Of a DNA stretch of 64,000 nucleotides, positions 39,706 to 52,990 are shown one piece after another. Position 1 is the stretch's first letter; every line of letters starts with the position of its first letter. Origin of the DNA: the human T2T-CHM13v2.0 reference genome, Homo sapiens; assembly GCA_009914755.4 (NCBI GenBank), contig CP068257.2:23424001-23488000 (forward strand), written 5' to 3'. The notes beneath the pieces are model-generated. The model saw only the letters and a list, made by a program, of their open reading frames with translations. It had not been told where the DNA came from and made no database searches. Both the position numbers and the translations under genes were made by a program.

Positions 39706-41287
39706 ATACACTGCACTTTATCTCAAGGAAGAGAGAATCATTGAATGCTCTGAAGTTGAGGTAGCATCAGATTATATCTATGTTTTGAAAAACTCTAACT
39801 TTTAATTTTTTCTTAAGGAAAGAAACTTGAATATGTTGAACCACTAGTGGAAGGAAGACAATAGATCAGGAAAAGCTGATGACATCAAATAATTGATGAA
39901 ATGAGATCCATGGGGGTGGAACAGAGTGTCTGGAGGGTTTAAGTTTAGAAGAAGAGCTAGTATACCTACAATATTCTTAATACACTTGAATAAAATGTCA
40001 GTATCTCTTTGATATCTGATTAAGCAAGTTTTTACCAAAAAAATTGTCATATTAAAGCCATAATTTTTGCAATAGTTGAGGCTCATTTATATCCTGCTTA
40101 ATAAGAATTCATCATATGTAAATCAGCACATATATAATACTTAATTTACTTGGTTGTTTAGTGAAATACCCACATAACATTTGGAACTTTAAAGATGTAA
40201 TAGAAAGTATAGTCACATTCATGGATAGAATCACATTTTTCTATTGTCTACTTTGGTGAAAAATCAATAACTTTCAATACAAGTAAGATGCCATATTGGA
40301 TTATTTTATATTCTTAAATAGGACAAACATCTAATATCAAATTTTATATTACTATTAATAATGAATTTATTTTTAAATGATGTGGGAATAAACATTTTAT
40401 ATCAAATTTATATTATGTACAATAGTTCATCAGAAGCACAGATATGTCTTTCTCATTATTGACTATGTATTTTCAAAGTAACCTGAAAGTAATCTGTGTG
40501 TTATTTGAAATAGTGTATTGTCTATGGCGTACTACCCTGAATATGTCCAATCTTGTCTGAAATTGGGAAATGCAGCCTGTGTACAAAAGTCCGTTGGGTC
40601 ATGAATAGCCCAGCAACTTCCATTCATCAAGTTGCTATTTTGCGGGCATTGTCACAGTGACTCGAGAAATTATCTAGGGAATTATGCTTTATGGTATACT
40701 TGAAATGTGGCAAACATCCTCAAAAGACCAGGAGTTTGTATTAATTCATTGCCTGCATATATTACACAGAAAACACAGGACATTTGCAGAATAACTTGCT
40801 TCTTGCTATCTGGCTTTATCTATTTGGTTTTATTCCACTCTCTGTTATCCAAGGTGGCCAGTAATCTGGAGCCAAGCATTACCTAGATTCAAGATCCCAG
40901 ACCACTTCACCCAACCAATTTCTACCAGAACTACTTTCCAATTATCTCACATCTAGTAAGCCATTTTCTATCCTTTGAAATGAGGGAAACTTTGACCCTA
41001 AAGAGACCCTTAACTACATACAATACAGATTTGACCTTCCATGCAGGACAGGGCTGTGTTCCCCTTCTCTCCATCTTCTCTACCTCCAGCTCCTGTCTCA
41101 CTGTCTCATTTACCTCTCCACTCTATGCCCTAGTGACTTTCCTCTACCCTTAGGACTCCAATGGTTTTCTCTGGGCTCTTTACAACCTTGTGCCTATCTG
41201 CCTTTTCACTTACCTCAGTCCATTGTACAGTATCTGCTTAGATGTTTGTTTCACATGCTACACTGTGAATTCTAAACATCAGAGACT

Positions 41288-41314
41288 GTTTTGTTGTTGT
41301 TGTTGTTGTTTTTT
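41288..41314. repeat. (TTG)n microsatellite
   Basis: ttttgttgttgttgttgttgtttttt. Confidence 0.85.
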
Positions 41315-41489
41315 ATTTCTAAGACTTTGTGGTGTTTTCAGCATATAGTAGAGGCTTAGTTAAATGCTAAAGAAATCCATGAATTAGCTCTATCATTTCA
41401 CTTTGTGGCACTTTCGATGATACAAAATAAATTATATTAAGGTCACTTAATTTCTTTTCTCAAGGAAAAGTCAATGAAGTTACTGTAAC

Positions 41490-42130
41490 CACTCAATGCG
41501 TTCAGTTTACCCACATCCTAGACAGAGTCAATTTATCAAGACTGGAGAATTGCAATAGAGAAAGAGTAATTCATGCAGAACCAGCTGTGCTAGAGACCAG
41601 AGCTTTATTATTACTCAAATCAGTCTGCTGGAGCATTCAGGGATCAGAGTTTTTAAGGCTAGTTTAGTGGGTGGGAAGCCAGTGAGTCAGCAGTGCTAAT
41701 TGGTTGAGTCAGAGATGAAGACATAGGAAGTCTAAGCTGTCATCTTGTGCTGAGTCAGTTCCTGGGTAGGGGGTCACAAGATCAGATAAGCGAGTTGATC
41801 CATCTGGGCGATGCCAGGTTATCCATCAAGTGCAGGGTCTTGAAAATATCTCAAGCACTGATCTTAAGTTTTACAATAGTGATGTCATCCTCTGGAGCAA
41901 TTTGGGGAGGGTCAGACTCTTGTCGCCTCCGGCTGCGTGACTCCTAAACCATAATTTCTAATCCAAATTCTAACAAATTTTGGCTAATTTATTAGTCCTG
42001 CAAAGGCAATCTAGTCCCCAGACAAGAAGGGGGATTGTTTTGGGAAAGGACTGTTAGCATCCTTGTTTCAAACTATAAACTATAAACTAAGTTACTCCAA
42101 AAGTTAGTTTGGCCTATGCTAAGGAATGAA
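41490..42130. mobile_element. Unclassified LTR-like interspersed repeat (possibly an ERV LTR)
   Basis: The motif string gagaattgcaatagagaaagagtaattcatgcagaaccagctgtgctagagaccagagctttattattactcaaatcagtc...ggtcacaagatcagataagcgagttgatccatctggg...caagtgcagggtcttgaaaatatctcaagcactgatcttaagttttacaatagtgatgtcatcc...cctaaaccataatttctaatc is familiar as a repeated human element, but I cannot name the family confidently. Confidence 0.35.
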
Positions 42131-45100
42131 CAAGGCCAGCTTGAAAGTGAAAAGCAAGATGGAGTTGGTTAGATCAGATCTCTTTAATTGTCTCAGGTAT
42201 AATTTTGCAATGGCAGTTTTATTACTAGACAAACTAATTTATAATTTTTTATTGATCAGGGGTATGAGGGTTTTTTTCCCCCACTTCAAGCAAATATTTG
42301 CTGCTCTATCTTTCCAATACCAATTGACTAATTTCTAACATCAACTGGGTGCCCGATAATTCCATTTAATTCCGGCACTAATTACCCAGAGTTAACATCA
42401 GATCCTATGTGTTAAGGACTCAGTTCCACAAGACTGCCCCTGACTTCAGAGGCCAACCGTAAATGGGGTGCATAGGCTACCCATATTTTTGCCTTCCAAC
42501 TACAAATTCCAGAGTTCACAGGATTCCTGACCCAAGTTTGGTAATTTTCTGGAATAACGCACAGAACTCACAAAGACATTTTACACACTATTACGGTTTT
42601 ATTATAGATAAAACTCAGATTTTCAGTGTGTAATAAAAGTGGCCATTTTATCAAAAATAAGAAATATTGTCACTATTTTAACATGAGCCCTAATGAAGTG
42701 TATAATAAATTCACTTATAGTTGTATTTAAAATACACGTGTTAGTATAAGAATTAATAAATGACTGAATGAATGAATTATTTAATCATGATCTTCAGAAG
42801 GTCTTACGGTGCAGTTTTATTTTTCTGTGAAAATCTAACCCAGAGACAAATAATTGTATTTCCTATATGGGGAAAAAGTAATGAGCTGCTGGTCAGGGGA
42901 GACACTTTGGCAATGATGATGGAACATTACAGATCAGCAGGGATCCCCAGGCGGGTTTCACCACATAGCATCTTCTGGATTGAAAGCAGCAGGGGAATCC
43001 TATTCCACATCATTTCCCAAATCATTTCTCTTCTTGAGTAGAATGACTATAAACTATGAAGGAAAATTAAAGTCCTAGTAGAATTTTGAAAAGAGGAAAG
43101 TATGACATGAAAACTTACAGAAATAAATGGGCCAAAGTAAATTTTAAAATAATGAAAGTATCTCTTAAAGTTTATTAAAAATATATGTACCAGTATAAGT
43201 GGTATTTTCAATTACTTAGAATTTTTGGCTCATTATTTTTGGCTTCATATTTTAAGCTTTATCAATGATACATCTTTATATTTTTTCTAGTACAGGAAAA
43301 GCATGTCACAATTTTAGAAAAAATATAAAGAAAATTGCCTGCTGGATTTTAAGAAAGTATTTTTTGGTGATTCATTACTTATTTCAAGTATAAAAATATT
43401 CTGATCCTCAGAGGGTCAAATAAATCAGTGTATTCAGCTTGCTTCTGAGCCATTCTCCTCAGAAGCCCGAGCTATTTTTTTTATAAGATACAAAAACAAA
43501 TATTTCCTTTGAATTCACATGGTTTGAAGATATGTGCCCGCCTTTCCATTCTATTGTCCTCTGACTGTATCAGAGCAGGGATAAAAAAGTGGAACTGGCT
43601 TAAAGCATTATCAAAGTCTTAATGGCTGGAAGCAAAAGTGATGAGAAAGAGTATGCTGGGTAAGCAAACCTGCACCGTATTTTTCAGAACAAATCCCTGT
43701 ACCCTAAGCCTATTTTCAATGTGTAGTATAGTGTATACATGGAAAATGAATAAAATCTATAGAAGCAGAAGGAGAAATCACATTTTGCACAATTTAATTA
43801 AAATCATTGAGGAGCCTACACTGTTATTTTAGGGGTCTGACCTAAAATATTACCAAAACAGTAATATGGAAAAGAAATTCTTGAAAGTGGAAGAAACAGT
43901 ATGCTGCCTCTTTACTTCCAGTGAATACCTGGACTGGTGACACATAGAGTTCAATCTTTCTTTAAAGTGTTAAAAAAAAAAAATTCAAGTATCAAAGTTT
44001 TTGCCAGATTATCAATCTTATCTGATTTTCTTAATGCCAGTGTTTAATCAGATTAGTTCAACTCTTCCTAAATCCTATTTATTGCCATTACAATTGACTG
44101 GTAACAAATTAATAAATGTAAAGTGATTAGAAAAGAGTCTGGCCTGTAGTAAGAATTCAATAAACGCAAACAACAAATATCTTTTCGTTACTATTATCCA
44201 TAGATTACTTGTTAGTCGAGTTTCTGCATGAAAAGTCTTGAGTATCTAAGGACTGAAGAAGCTGTATGAAGTCTGTTTCATCCTGCCTAATTCACAGATG
44301 AAACTAAAGTCCCCTTACACAAGTAATGTTCACAAAAATTCAAAGGTAGTACCACTCTACTTTTACTAGAAAATAAGCAAATCACAATTAGAAGAAAATA
44401 TGAAAACATGACATGTGAGAAAAGTTCATTGTAAGTTCATTAGAAACCTGAAGATGTTGTCAAAATGTATTTTGCAAGATTTAAGATGAAACCTTTAAAA
44501 AGAGGGATGATGTCTGATAACTTATCCTATCAACTGCTGTACACAATCATGTTATTTCAGGCACGATAATTGCATGGTAACAGCTATTAGGTGTTCATGA
44601 GCAATAGCTGTTGTAGCTGATTCTTTCTCAACTGGGCAGATTTAATTCAGTGACAAGAAAAATACTGCAAATCAACTCTGTGATATTGACCAAGTAAATA
44701 TGAGAATAAATAAGTAAAAATAGTCCATGAACACATGAAAGCCTCTACTTAAAGAATAAAATTTCTCACGTTGGCTGGTCATGATACTACATTAGATAGT
44801 TATAAGTATCTGCAAGTAATGACATAAAGAATCAATAAGTTATGTCGGGTAAGTGTTATCAGTGTATACAGATATGTCAAATGCTGTAAACAATCACCAG
44901 GAAATTAATTAAACAGTATTATATTTGTTTGTTATTGCCAATAAATTTTGTGTGATTGAAGCCAAGCTTTCTTGCTAATTCCTGCTTTAGGTATATTGTT
45001 TATTAGAACAAATGTGGTTGAGTTTCACATCAACAAGTGAGCTTTATTATTTATACTCTCAATAAGGAAGTAGATTTAGTTGACATTGTCACAAAACATT

Positions 45101-46762
45101 TTTAAGTCAAAACATAAATTCTTACTGGAAATAATTGATATTTTTTTTCTCCCCCCAACTTGTCAAATCAGAACCCTTTTTTAGTGGTTTGGTTAATTAT
45201 TTATCTGTATTTTTGCCTTTGAAATCTTACTTCAAAAACACATTTTATGCAAATAGTTATTTGTATCAATTGGCTTTATGTGTTAACTATTTATCTACTG
45301 ATAATTATGGGCAAAATTAAATGCCACAATACAAACCAGGTAATTTATATTGAAAAAAAATCTAATGATGGACAATTTATATGTGGTTTTCCTTTTTAAT
45401 TCCTGTATCTTTTCAAAACACTTATAAGCTCAAATGTTCTCTAAAGAGTGATGTTGCCGAACATGAACAGCCCATCAGATAATCCTGACCATTTCAAAAT
45501 CACCTCAGGAAAAGATCCTTAAGTAAATCAGCAGGTAAATTGAGAAGGAAAAGACACAATTAACTTGGAGAAGAAAAATGTAAAGGATATAAAATAATTG
45601 TTATAGCTGAGTATTTGTAAAGTTCTCATCTATAAAATACACTTAAATTATCTGTTTTGTTACAGAGGAAGAGTGAAACTTTAGTTTCTTTTTTAAAAGA
45701 GAAAAATTTTTATTTATTTCTTTTAAAGTATGAGTATAGATTTTTGTTCTTACTGTAAAAACAAAGCATACCAAATGCAGGAAAAATATTGAAAAGCACA
45801 ATGCACGTTTTTAATAATCTTAACAACCAGAAATAAAAAATAGTGATATTTGCAAATTTTCTATTTCTACCAGCCTTTTTATAAGATCCAACATCCATAT
45901 ACCTTTCTCTCTATCTGTAACCTATAATAGTTATCAATAGAATAAGTAGCAACTACAGTTACAAAATTGCCCTTCACAAGGAATCTTAAGCTGCATAATT
46001 AGATTTGGGTGACTATACGTTAGGGTGATACTGAGGTTATTCTTGTGTAGACAGTGGTTGAACAAAATAATCTCGAAGACTCTTTTAAGTATTCAGACTT
46101 CATGTACTAAGGATTCGTGTGGAACCACAGTGAAACCTTCCTAGGATGGAGAAAAATGAACATATATAAAAGGCAAACTAAACAGGTTCTGAATAGTATT
46201 ATGTATCTCTTTCTTTCTTTATGGCTTCTTTTATCATGTTGGTTGGTTATCAGCTTGAAAGTCAAAGCAGATGTCATCTCTCAACCTACTACTCCAATGT
46301 CATTTTCACAGTCTGTTTTCTGTTGTCTATAACAGAATACCTGAAACTAGATAATCTATTTTATTTTATTTTTTCCACATGAAAGTTATATTTATTGATT
46401 TATTTTTATGTTGATAGGTTTTTGGGGAACAAGTGGTGTTTGGTTACATGGATAGGTCCTCTAGTGGTGATTTCTGAGATTTTGGTGCACTCACCCAAGC
46501 AGTGTGCACTGTACCCAATGTGTAATCTTTTATCCCTCACCCCTCTCCCACCCTTTCCCTTGAGTCCCCAGAGTCCATTGTATCATTCTTATGCCTTTGC
46601 ATCCTCATAGCTTAGCTCCCGCTTGTTGGTAAGAACATATGATGTTCCGTTTTCCATTCCTGAGATACTTCACTTAGAATAATGGTCTCCAATTCCATCC
46701 AGGTTGCTGTGAATGTGAATACCATTATTTCATTTCTTTTTATGGCTGAGTAGTATTCCATG

Positions 46763-46797
46763 GTGTGTGTGTGTATATATACATAGAGAGAGAGAGT
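46763..46797. repeat. Compound (TG)n(TA)n(GA)n microsatellite
   Basis: gtgtgtgtgtgtgtatatatacatagagagagagag. Confidence 0.85.
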
Positions 46798-48748
46798 ACA
46801 TAATATATGTATATTAAAATTGGAATGAGATAGGTATAACATATATATCCAAGACCCACATGAAACCCATCACATTCAATTTATATTTCAGAAATCTTAT
46901 TTTCAGCATTTTTAATATCTGAAAATAATGCAACTTTTAGAACACTTCTGGCTTTTTTTATTGGTAGCAAACGTTAACATAATTTGAAAGACAATAGTAT
47001 AAAAATTACATGTTGGCATATATATTTAATGGTTGAGATATTTACTTTTAATTTCTAGCAATTTCAGAGATGTATAGCAAATTGAAGACGTTTTTCTCCA
47101 TTGTCCTTTCCCTTGATTTCTGCTTTTTTAAGTGTTCCCTTATCACCAAAGTTTCCACTATTGTTTTAAAAATATCTGATATTAATTCAAATTAATTATT
47201 AATGCTAACCAATTTTGCCTTGCAGAAGTGTTTGCATTTTAAAAAGAAACGCCTAGAGGAAGATTGTCAAATTTCTTCTCACCTTTTGAGGGGCAATATT
47301 TTAGAGGATGGATGACCTGCAATACAAGCCTTAAGAAACTACTGCTCCCATTGTCGTCAAGGCTAGCTGTGAGACTAATGCCAGCAAGTCTTTGCACAAA
47401 AACAAATGAGCTCTTAAAGAGATGATTGAATGCATGTGGGATCCATTACTCAATAAGAAGCTTAAGTCCAAATCAGTCTGGGGCTAACTGGCCTTTGCAG
47501 TTTTACTATAGCAGGGGCAACATGGTGTAGTAAAAAAGGCCTGAAGAGTAAGTGTAATTTTGTCTTGGTCACTTATTGGCCTCGTAGTCCCAAAAAATTA
47601 ACTTTAATCTCTTGCCTTAGTTCTCTTACATACTTGGCAACTATGGTGCACAGCCCAAATTTGAGGCACACTTGTTATTATATAAAAAGTTTTATTGGTG
47701 CACAGCCACGCTCATTCATCTATGTATTTTCTGTTTCTGCTCATGCTCTACAACGACAGAGTTGAGTAGCTGCAATGAGACCATGTGGTCTGCAAGACCT
47801 AAAATATTTACAGCCTGGTACCTCACCAAACACGTTGCTGCACTCAGCTTTAGAAGGTGCCAAACGCACACAGAGTATCTCCTTTTTTACAGAACTTGCC
47901 TTCCCTCCAACAGGTTGTGTAATTAATCATTACTCTGTGTGTAACTTTCTTTTGTTTGCGTCTTGATTCCACTCACTCCTATACACTTCCAATCTCTCTA
48001 AACAGTTCCTTTTCATTCTCTTTATTTCTTAAATGTTGGTGATTCCCAAAGTTTCATCTCTAGGTTACCCAAATTTTAATTGCACACTTTCGTACACAAT
48101 CTCCTTACCCCCTGAACACAAGCACAATTTCTGACTGGCCTATACATTCCATTCTTCTCCTACTACACTTAACTCAATATGTTGCAAAAATGATGGAGAG
48201 CTTTTTTTTAAAGCTTTTTCCCATTAGGCCAAATTCCTAATACCTTATCGACAACCAAAACATATGGAACACTGGGTACATATTTGGGGAACAAGGAAAC
48301 AGATCTTTTTCACTCGGTCTCCCTCTTGAATTTGACCTATAGATTAGACTTCTCACTTCCTGTTGTGTGTTACCAGTTTCTTGCACAATAAAACAAATTT
48401 TTAAAAGTGCCAAGTGACCTGATCCTCATAACACATTGAAACTAAGAGTATTGTTAAGGTTATTACTCAAGATTTAATCATATAAATACAGCAATTATAT
48501 AAATATATCATACTAAAGTGAGGTTAAAATGTGCTAAAAACAAAAGAAAAAAATGGAGAGATCACCATGGGGGTAGGATAAGATAATTAAATAAATACTG
48601 TGAATTCTGGATCATAAAGAAGACACACTAACCAAAGCAACTTAGACCTCATTCCCTCTATTTAATAGAGAAAAACAGCACAGCTCTCCTAAGGATGTTG
48701 GCAACTCCTTTAATAGAAACAAGCTGTCAAATGCATAGAAATTAAATA

Positions 48749-50546
48749 CAGTCATGCATTGCTTAATGACATGGATAGGTTCTGAGAAATGCTTCATTAG
48801 AGTATTTCCTCAATATGCAGACATCACAGTGTGCTTACACAAACCTGGATGGTATAACCTACGACATACCTGGCTACATGGTGTAGCCTATTGCTCCCAG
48901 GCCACCAACCTGCACAGCATATTACTGTACTGAATACTGGAGGCAATTGTAAAACAATGGTAGTTATTTTTGTACCTAACCATATCTAAACATAGAACAG
49001 ATACAGTAAAAATATAATGTAAAAGGTCACAAATAGTACAGCATTTTTTAGATCACTTATCTTGGAGGGAGCTTTCAGGACTGAAAGTTGCTATGGGTGA
49101 GTCAGTAGGTGAGTGGTGAGTGAATGCAAAGGCTGAGGACAGTGATGTACACTGTTGTAGACTTTGTAATCACTCAACACTTAGGCTACACTAAATTTAT
49201 TTCTAAAAATTTCTTCCTTTAATAAGAAGTAACTCTGCCTTCCTATAACATTTTTACTATGTAAGCATTGAATTATTTTTAACTTTTTGGCTCTTTTATA
49301 ATAACACTTAGCTTATGTGACGGTTAATATTGTCAACTTGATTGGATTGAAGAATGCAAAGCATTGTTTCTGGGTGTGTCTGTGAGGATATTGCCAAAGG
49401 AGGTTAACATTTGAGTCAGTGCACTAGAAGAGGCAGACCCACCCTCAATCTGGGTGGGCACCATCTAACCAGCTGCCAGCTCAGCTATGATAAAAGCAGG
49501 CAGAGGAACATGGAAGGACTAGATTGGCTGAATCTTCTGGTCATCTTTCTCCTGTGCTGGATGCTTCCTGCCCTCAAACATCAGACTCCAATCTCTTCAT
49601 CTGTCAAACTCTTGGATTTACACCAGGGGTTTGCAGGGACTCTTTGACCTTTGGCCACAGACTGAAGGCTGTGGTGTTAGTTTCCCTAGTTTTGAGGTTG
49701 GGGATGCAAACTGGCTTCCTTGCTCCTCAGCTTGCAGATGGCCTATTGCGGGACTTCATCTTGTGATAGTGTGAGTCAGTCCTCCTAATAAACTCCCATT
49801 AATATGTACATATCTCCTATGAGCCCTATTTCTCTAGAGAACCCTGGCTAATACAGATTTAAGCATAAACACATTGCACAAATGTACAAAATATTTTCTT
49901 TCTTTGTATGCATATCCTATAAGCTTTAATCTGTTTGAAATTTTTTTAGTTTTTTATACTTTGTAAACTTTTTTTGTTGAAAACAAAGACAGAAATATTT
50001 AATTGGACTTACACCAGGGGTTTGCCAAGAGATTAACTGACATTAGCCTAGACTTATACAGATGTAGGATCATCAATATCACTGTCTTCCACCTCCACAT
50101 CTTCTCCCACTGAAAGGCCTTCAGGGGAAATAACACACACAGAGCTGTCATCTCCTGTGATAACTAAGCCTTCGTCTGAAATACCTCCTGAAGGACTTGC
50201 CTGAGGCTGTTTTACAGTTAACTTTTTTTTAATAAGTAGGAGGAATACACTTTAAAATAACGATAAAAAATATAGTGTAGTAAATACATAAATCAGTAAC
50301 ATAGTCATTTATCATGACCAAGCATGATGTACAATTGCATGTGCCACTTTTATGACTGGGAGCATAGTAGGTTTGTTAATAGCAGCATCACCACTAATAC
50401 ACGAGTAATGCCTTGTGCTAGGAGATTATGAGGGTTACCCTGTCACTGGGTGATAGGAATTTTTCAGCTCCATTAGAACCTGATGGGACCACTGTTGTTT
50501 GTGTCTTCCATCTTTAACTGAACCATCATTATGCAGCACATGACTG
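48749..50546. mobile_element. TcMar-Tigger-type non-autonomous DNA transposon (~1.8 kb) with terminal inverted repeats and TA target-site duplications
   Basis: 5' end cagtcatgcattgcttaatgacatgg. The reverse complement of the 3' end is cagtcatgtgctgcataatgatgg, so the termini are inverted repeats. TA dinucleotides flank the element at 48747-48748 and 50547-50548. Internal sequence matches the Tigger3/4-like consensus as recalled: ggatggtataacctacgacatacctggctacatggtgtagcctattgctcccaggcc...ctgtactgaatactggaggcaattgtaaaacaatggta... and caggatcatcaatatcactgtcttccacctccacatcttctcccactgaaaggccttcagggg.... Confidence 0.7.
49320..49800. mobile_element. MLT1A-like (MaLR) solo LTR nested inside the Tigger element
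   Basis: tgtgacggttaatattgtcaacttgattggattgaag...tttctgggtgtgtctgtgaggatattgccaaaggaggttaacatttgagtcagtg...ccaccctcaatctgggtgggcaccatctaaccagctgccagc...gactccaatctcttcatctg...cttcctt.gctcctcagcttgcagatggcctattgcgggacttcatc...cctaataaactcccattaatatgtacatatctcctatgagccctatttctctagagaaccctggctaatacag. ORFs 49411-49647 and 49524-49766 fall in it. Confidence 0.6.
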
Positions 50547-52171
50547 TAGCTCAATTTTCACCTTCTTTCTGCCATACATACATGACCACAAATCTACACA
50601 CTTTCCTCTGGAAAACTCCCAACTGCCTTAAAGCATATCTGAAAATAAAAATTATGTTTCTTGTAACACACACAAAACAATTTCCAGCTAAAAAACCTTT
50701 CTGAATGATTGCCACGTGCATAAAACACCCCTGGCAAGTGTGAAAAAACTAAATCTTAAAGCAAGATGTGGTTCCATATTGCAGCTAGTATTTAAAATTA
50801 AGTTGTCTCTCTTTGCCCCCTTTTTTCCGAACAAATTCACAGAGCCTGGATTGTGAATGATATGCCTGTCTCAGAAACACCAGCCAACTCAGCATTATAG
50901 TTTGCACTACTGGGTTTGTTTGCAAATAAAATAAAAGCAAGGAGAAAAACTGAGACATAATTATGAAAGGCACTAGAATGTGGAAAAGAGATTAAACCTT
51001 ATTAAAATATCATTCCTAGGCATTAGCAGCAGTTCTATAATTAATAATATAACAGTTGACTGCACTAAGTGGCATAACAGAAATTAAATTTTCATTTATG
51101 AACAGGAATAATGAGGTAATATAAAAAGATTGGGTTTAGGTTCTTCTGCTACTGAAGATTAATAATTGCCTAAGGTCTATATTCAGAATTAAGACACACA
51201 TTTAGTTGTAGAGAAAGATAATTCATCAAATGTGCAAGCATTCTTTAACCCTGGACTGCAGTCATGACATGAAATGTCTGCAGTTTCCATTTCACCACTA
51301 CTGGAGTCAAACTATTTCCATTATTGCCTAACTTATCATAAATGCTGGAGAGAAGCAAAAGCACCATTTTCAGAGAAAAATATGCAATATAAATTGGCAA
51401 AACAATTTACAGGTTGCTTTTAAAAAGAAGCCCTTGGCAACATAAATATTTAGTGCATTGTTCTTACGGCAGCCGATGAGAGACTTTAACATGTGTGAGG
51501 AAATTTAGTTTTCTTGAATAAAATGACAACAGAGAATAAACAAGATGTGTGAAATTCCTTTAGGAAACTATTTAAGGACTGCTGTGTTTTATTATCCAAG
51601 AGTTTTACATTTATTTTTGAGTGTTTAGATTCTGTGTATGTAAACCAGATCTATTTATCCTACTCTTCATAGCATAGCATACCCATGAAGATAAAGTTAA
51701 GAAAACTTTATAAAAACATTGTTTTTAATTATAATTGCAGTATTTATTTTATAAAAGGAGAAGTCAACTAATTACTTATATAAAAATTTGAGACTAGAAA
51801 CTATAATATTTTTGTCCTAAATTTTTATTTGTATCTCACCAAATGCCACTCAGCATGATTCTCTTATAGACTGAGTTACGTGCTGCAGTTAGGTACTTCA
51901 GTAAGGTCACAGAGCAGAGAGGAAGATGACAGTCATTCAGTGTCAAATATACAGCAGACACTTTCAATCTAGAACATGATCACATCTTCCAATAGTTCTA
52001 TATGTTAGATGTTTCTATCCCCTTTTCACAGGTGCAGAAAGTAAATTTAAAGGAGATTTGGTATCAAAGGATTTGAACCCAGATCTGCTTGAATGCTGAA
52101 CATAACATTCTTCCCACTTTACTACATGATCCAGTTAGTCTTTAAAGTTACCAAAAAGTTGCCAAAGTTAC

Positions 52172-52990
52172 CGAGAGACAGGACTAGCTGTATTTCCTAG
52201 GCCGACTAAGAATTCCTAAGTCTAGCTGGGAAAGGTGACCACACCCACCTTTAAACACGGAGCGTGTAACTCAGCTCGCATCCGACCAATCAGGTAGTAA
52301 AGAGGGTTCACTGAAATACAAATTAGGCTAAAAGCAGGAGGTAAAGAAATAGTCAAATCATATATCGCCTAACAGCACAGGGGGAGGGACAATGATTGGG
52401 ATATAAAACCCAGGGATTCAAACCGGGAGTGGGCAACCCCCTTTGGGTCCCCTCCCATTGTATGGGAGCTCTGTTTTCACTCTGTTAAATCTTGCAACTG
52501 TACACTCCTCTGGTCAGTGTTTGTTCCGGCTCAAGCTGAACTTTTGCTCACCCTCTACCACTGCTGTTCCCCGTGGTAGCAGACCCGCCGCTGACTTCCA
52601 CCCCTCCGGATCCGGCAGGGTGTCTGCTGCGCTCCTGATCCAGTGAGGCGCCCATTGCCGCTCCTGACCGGGCTAAAGGCTCACTATTGTTCCTGCACAG
52701 CTAAGTGCCCAGGTTTGTCCTAATCGAGCTGAACACTAGTTGCTGGGTTCCACACTTCTCTTTCTAATAGACGCTTCTAATAGATCTATGGCTTCTAATG
52801 ATGATAATGATGGCTTCTAATAGAGCTATAACACTAACCGCATGGCCCAATGTTCCATTCCTTGGAATCTGTGAGGCCAAGAACCCCAGGTCAGAGAACA
52901 AAAGGCTTTCTGCCATCTTGGGAGTGGCCCGCCTCCATCTTGGGAGCTCTAAAAACAAAGACCCGCCCACAACATTACTAAAAACACTAA
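52172..52990 (+). mobile_element. LTR17 (HERV-W/HERV17-type, ERV1 class) solo LTR, plus orientation
   Basis: gagagacaggactagctgtatttcctaggccgactaagaattcctaagtctagctgggaaaggtgaccacacccacctttaaacacggagcgtgtaactcagctcgcatccgaccaatcagg...ggaggtaaagaaatagtcaa...gggacaatgattgggatataaaacccagg...ccctttgggtcccctcccattgtatgggagctctgttttcactctgttaaatcttgcaactg...gctcaagctgaacttttgctcacc...ggcgcccattgccgctcc...gggctaaaggctcactattgttcctgcacagctaagtgcccaggtttgtcctaatcgagctgaacactagttgctgggttcca...gcatggcccaatgttccattccttggaatctgtgaggccaagaaccccaggtcagagaacaaaaggc. No primer-binding site or internal sequence follows, so this is a solo LTR. Confidence 0.85.
52762..52838 (+). repeat. Internal tandem expansion inside the LTR17 (gcttctaatag units plus atgatgataatgatg)
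   Basis: ctaatagacgcttctaatagatctatggcttctaatgatgataatgatggcttctaatagagctataac, whereas the consensus carries a single gcttctaatagaactataacac. Confidence 0.7.

Noticed and set aside
52762-52838. Short direct repeats that might suggest a CRISPR-like array
   Set aside because: Only three ~11 bp units, no regular spacers, and located inside an LTR17 in a eukaryotic genome. This is a microsatellite-like local expansion.
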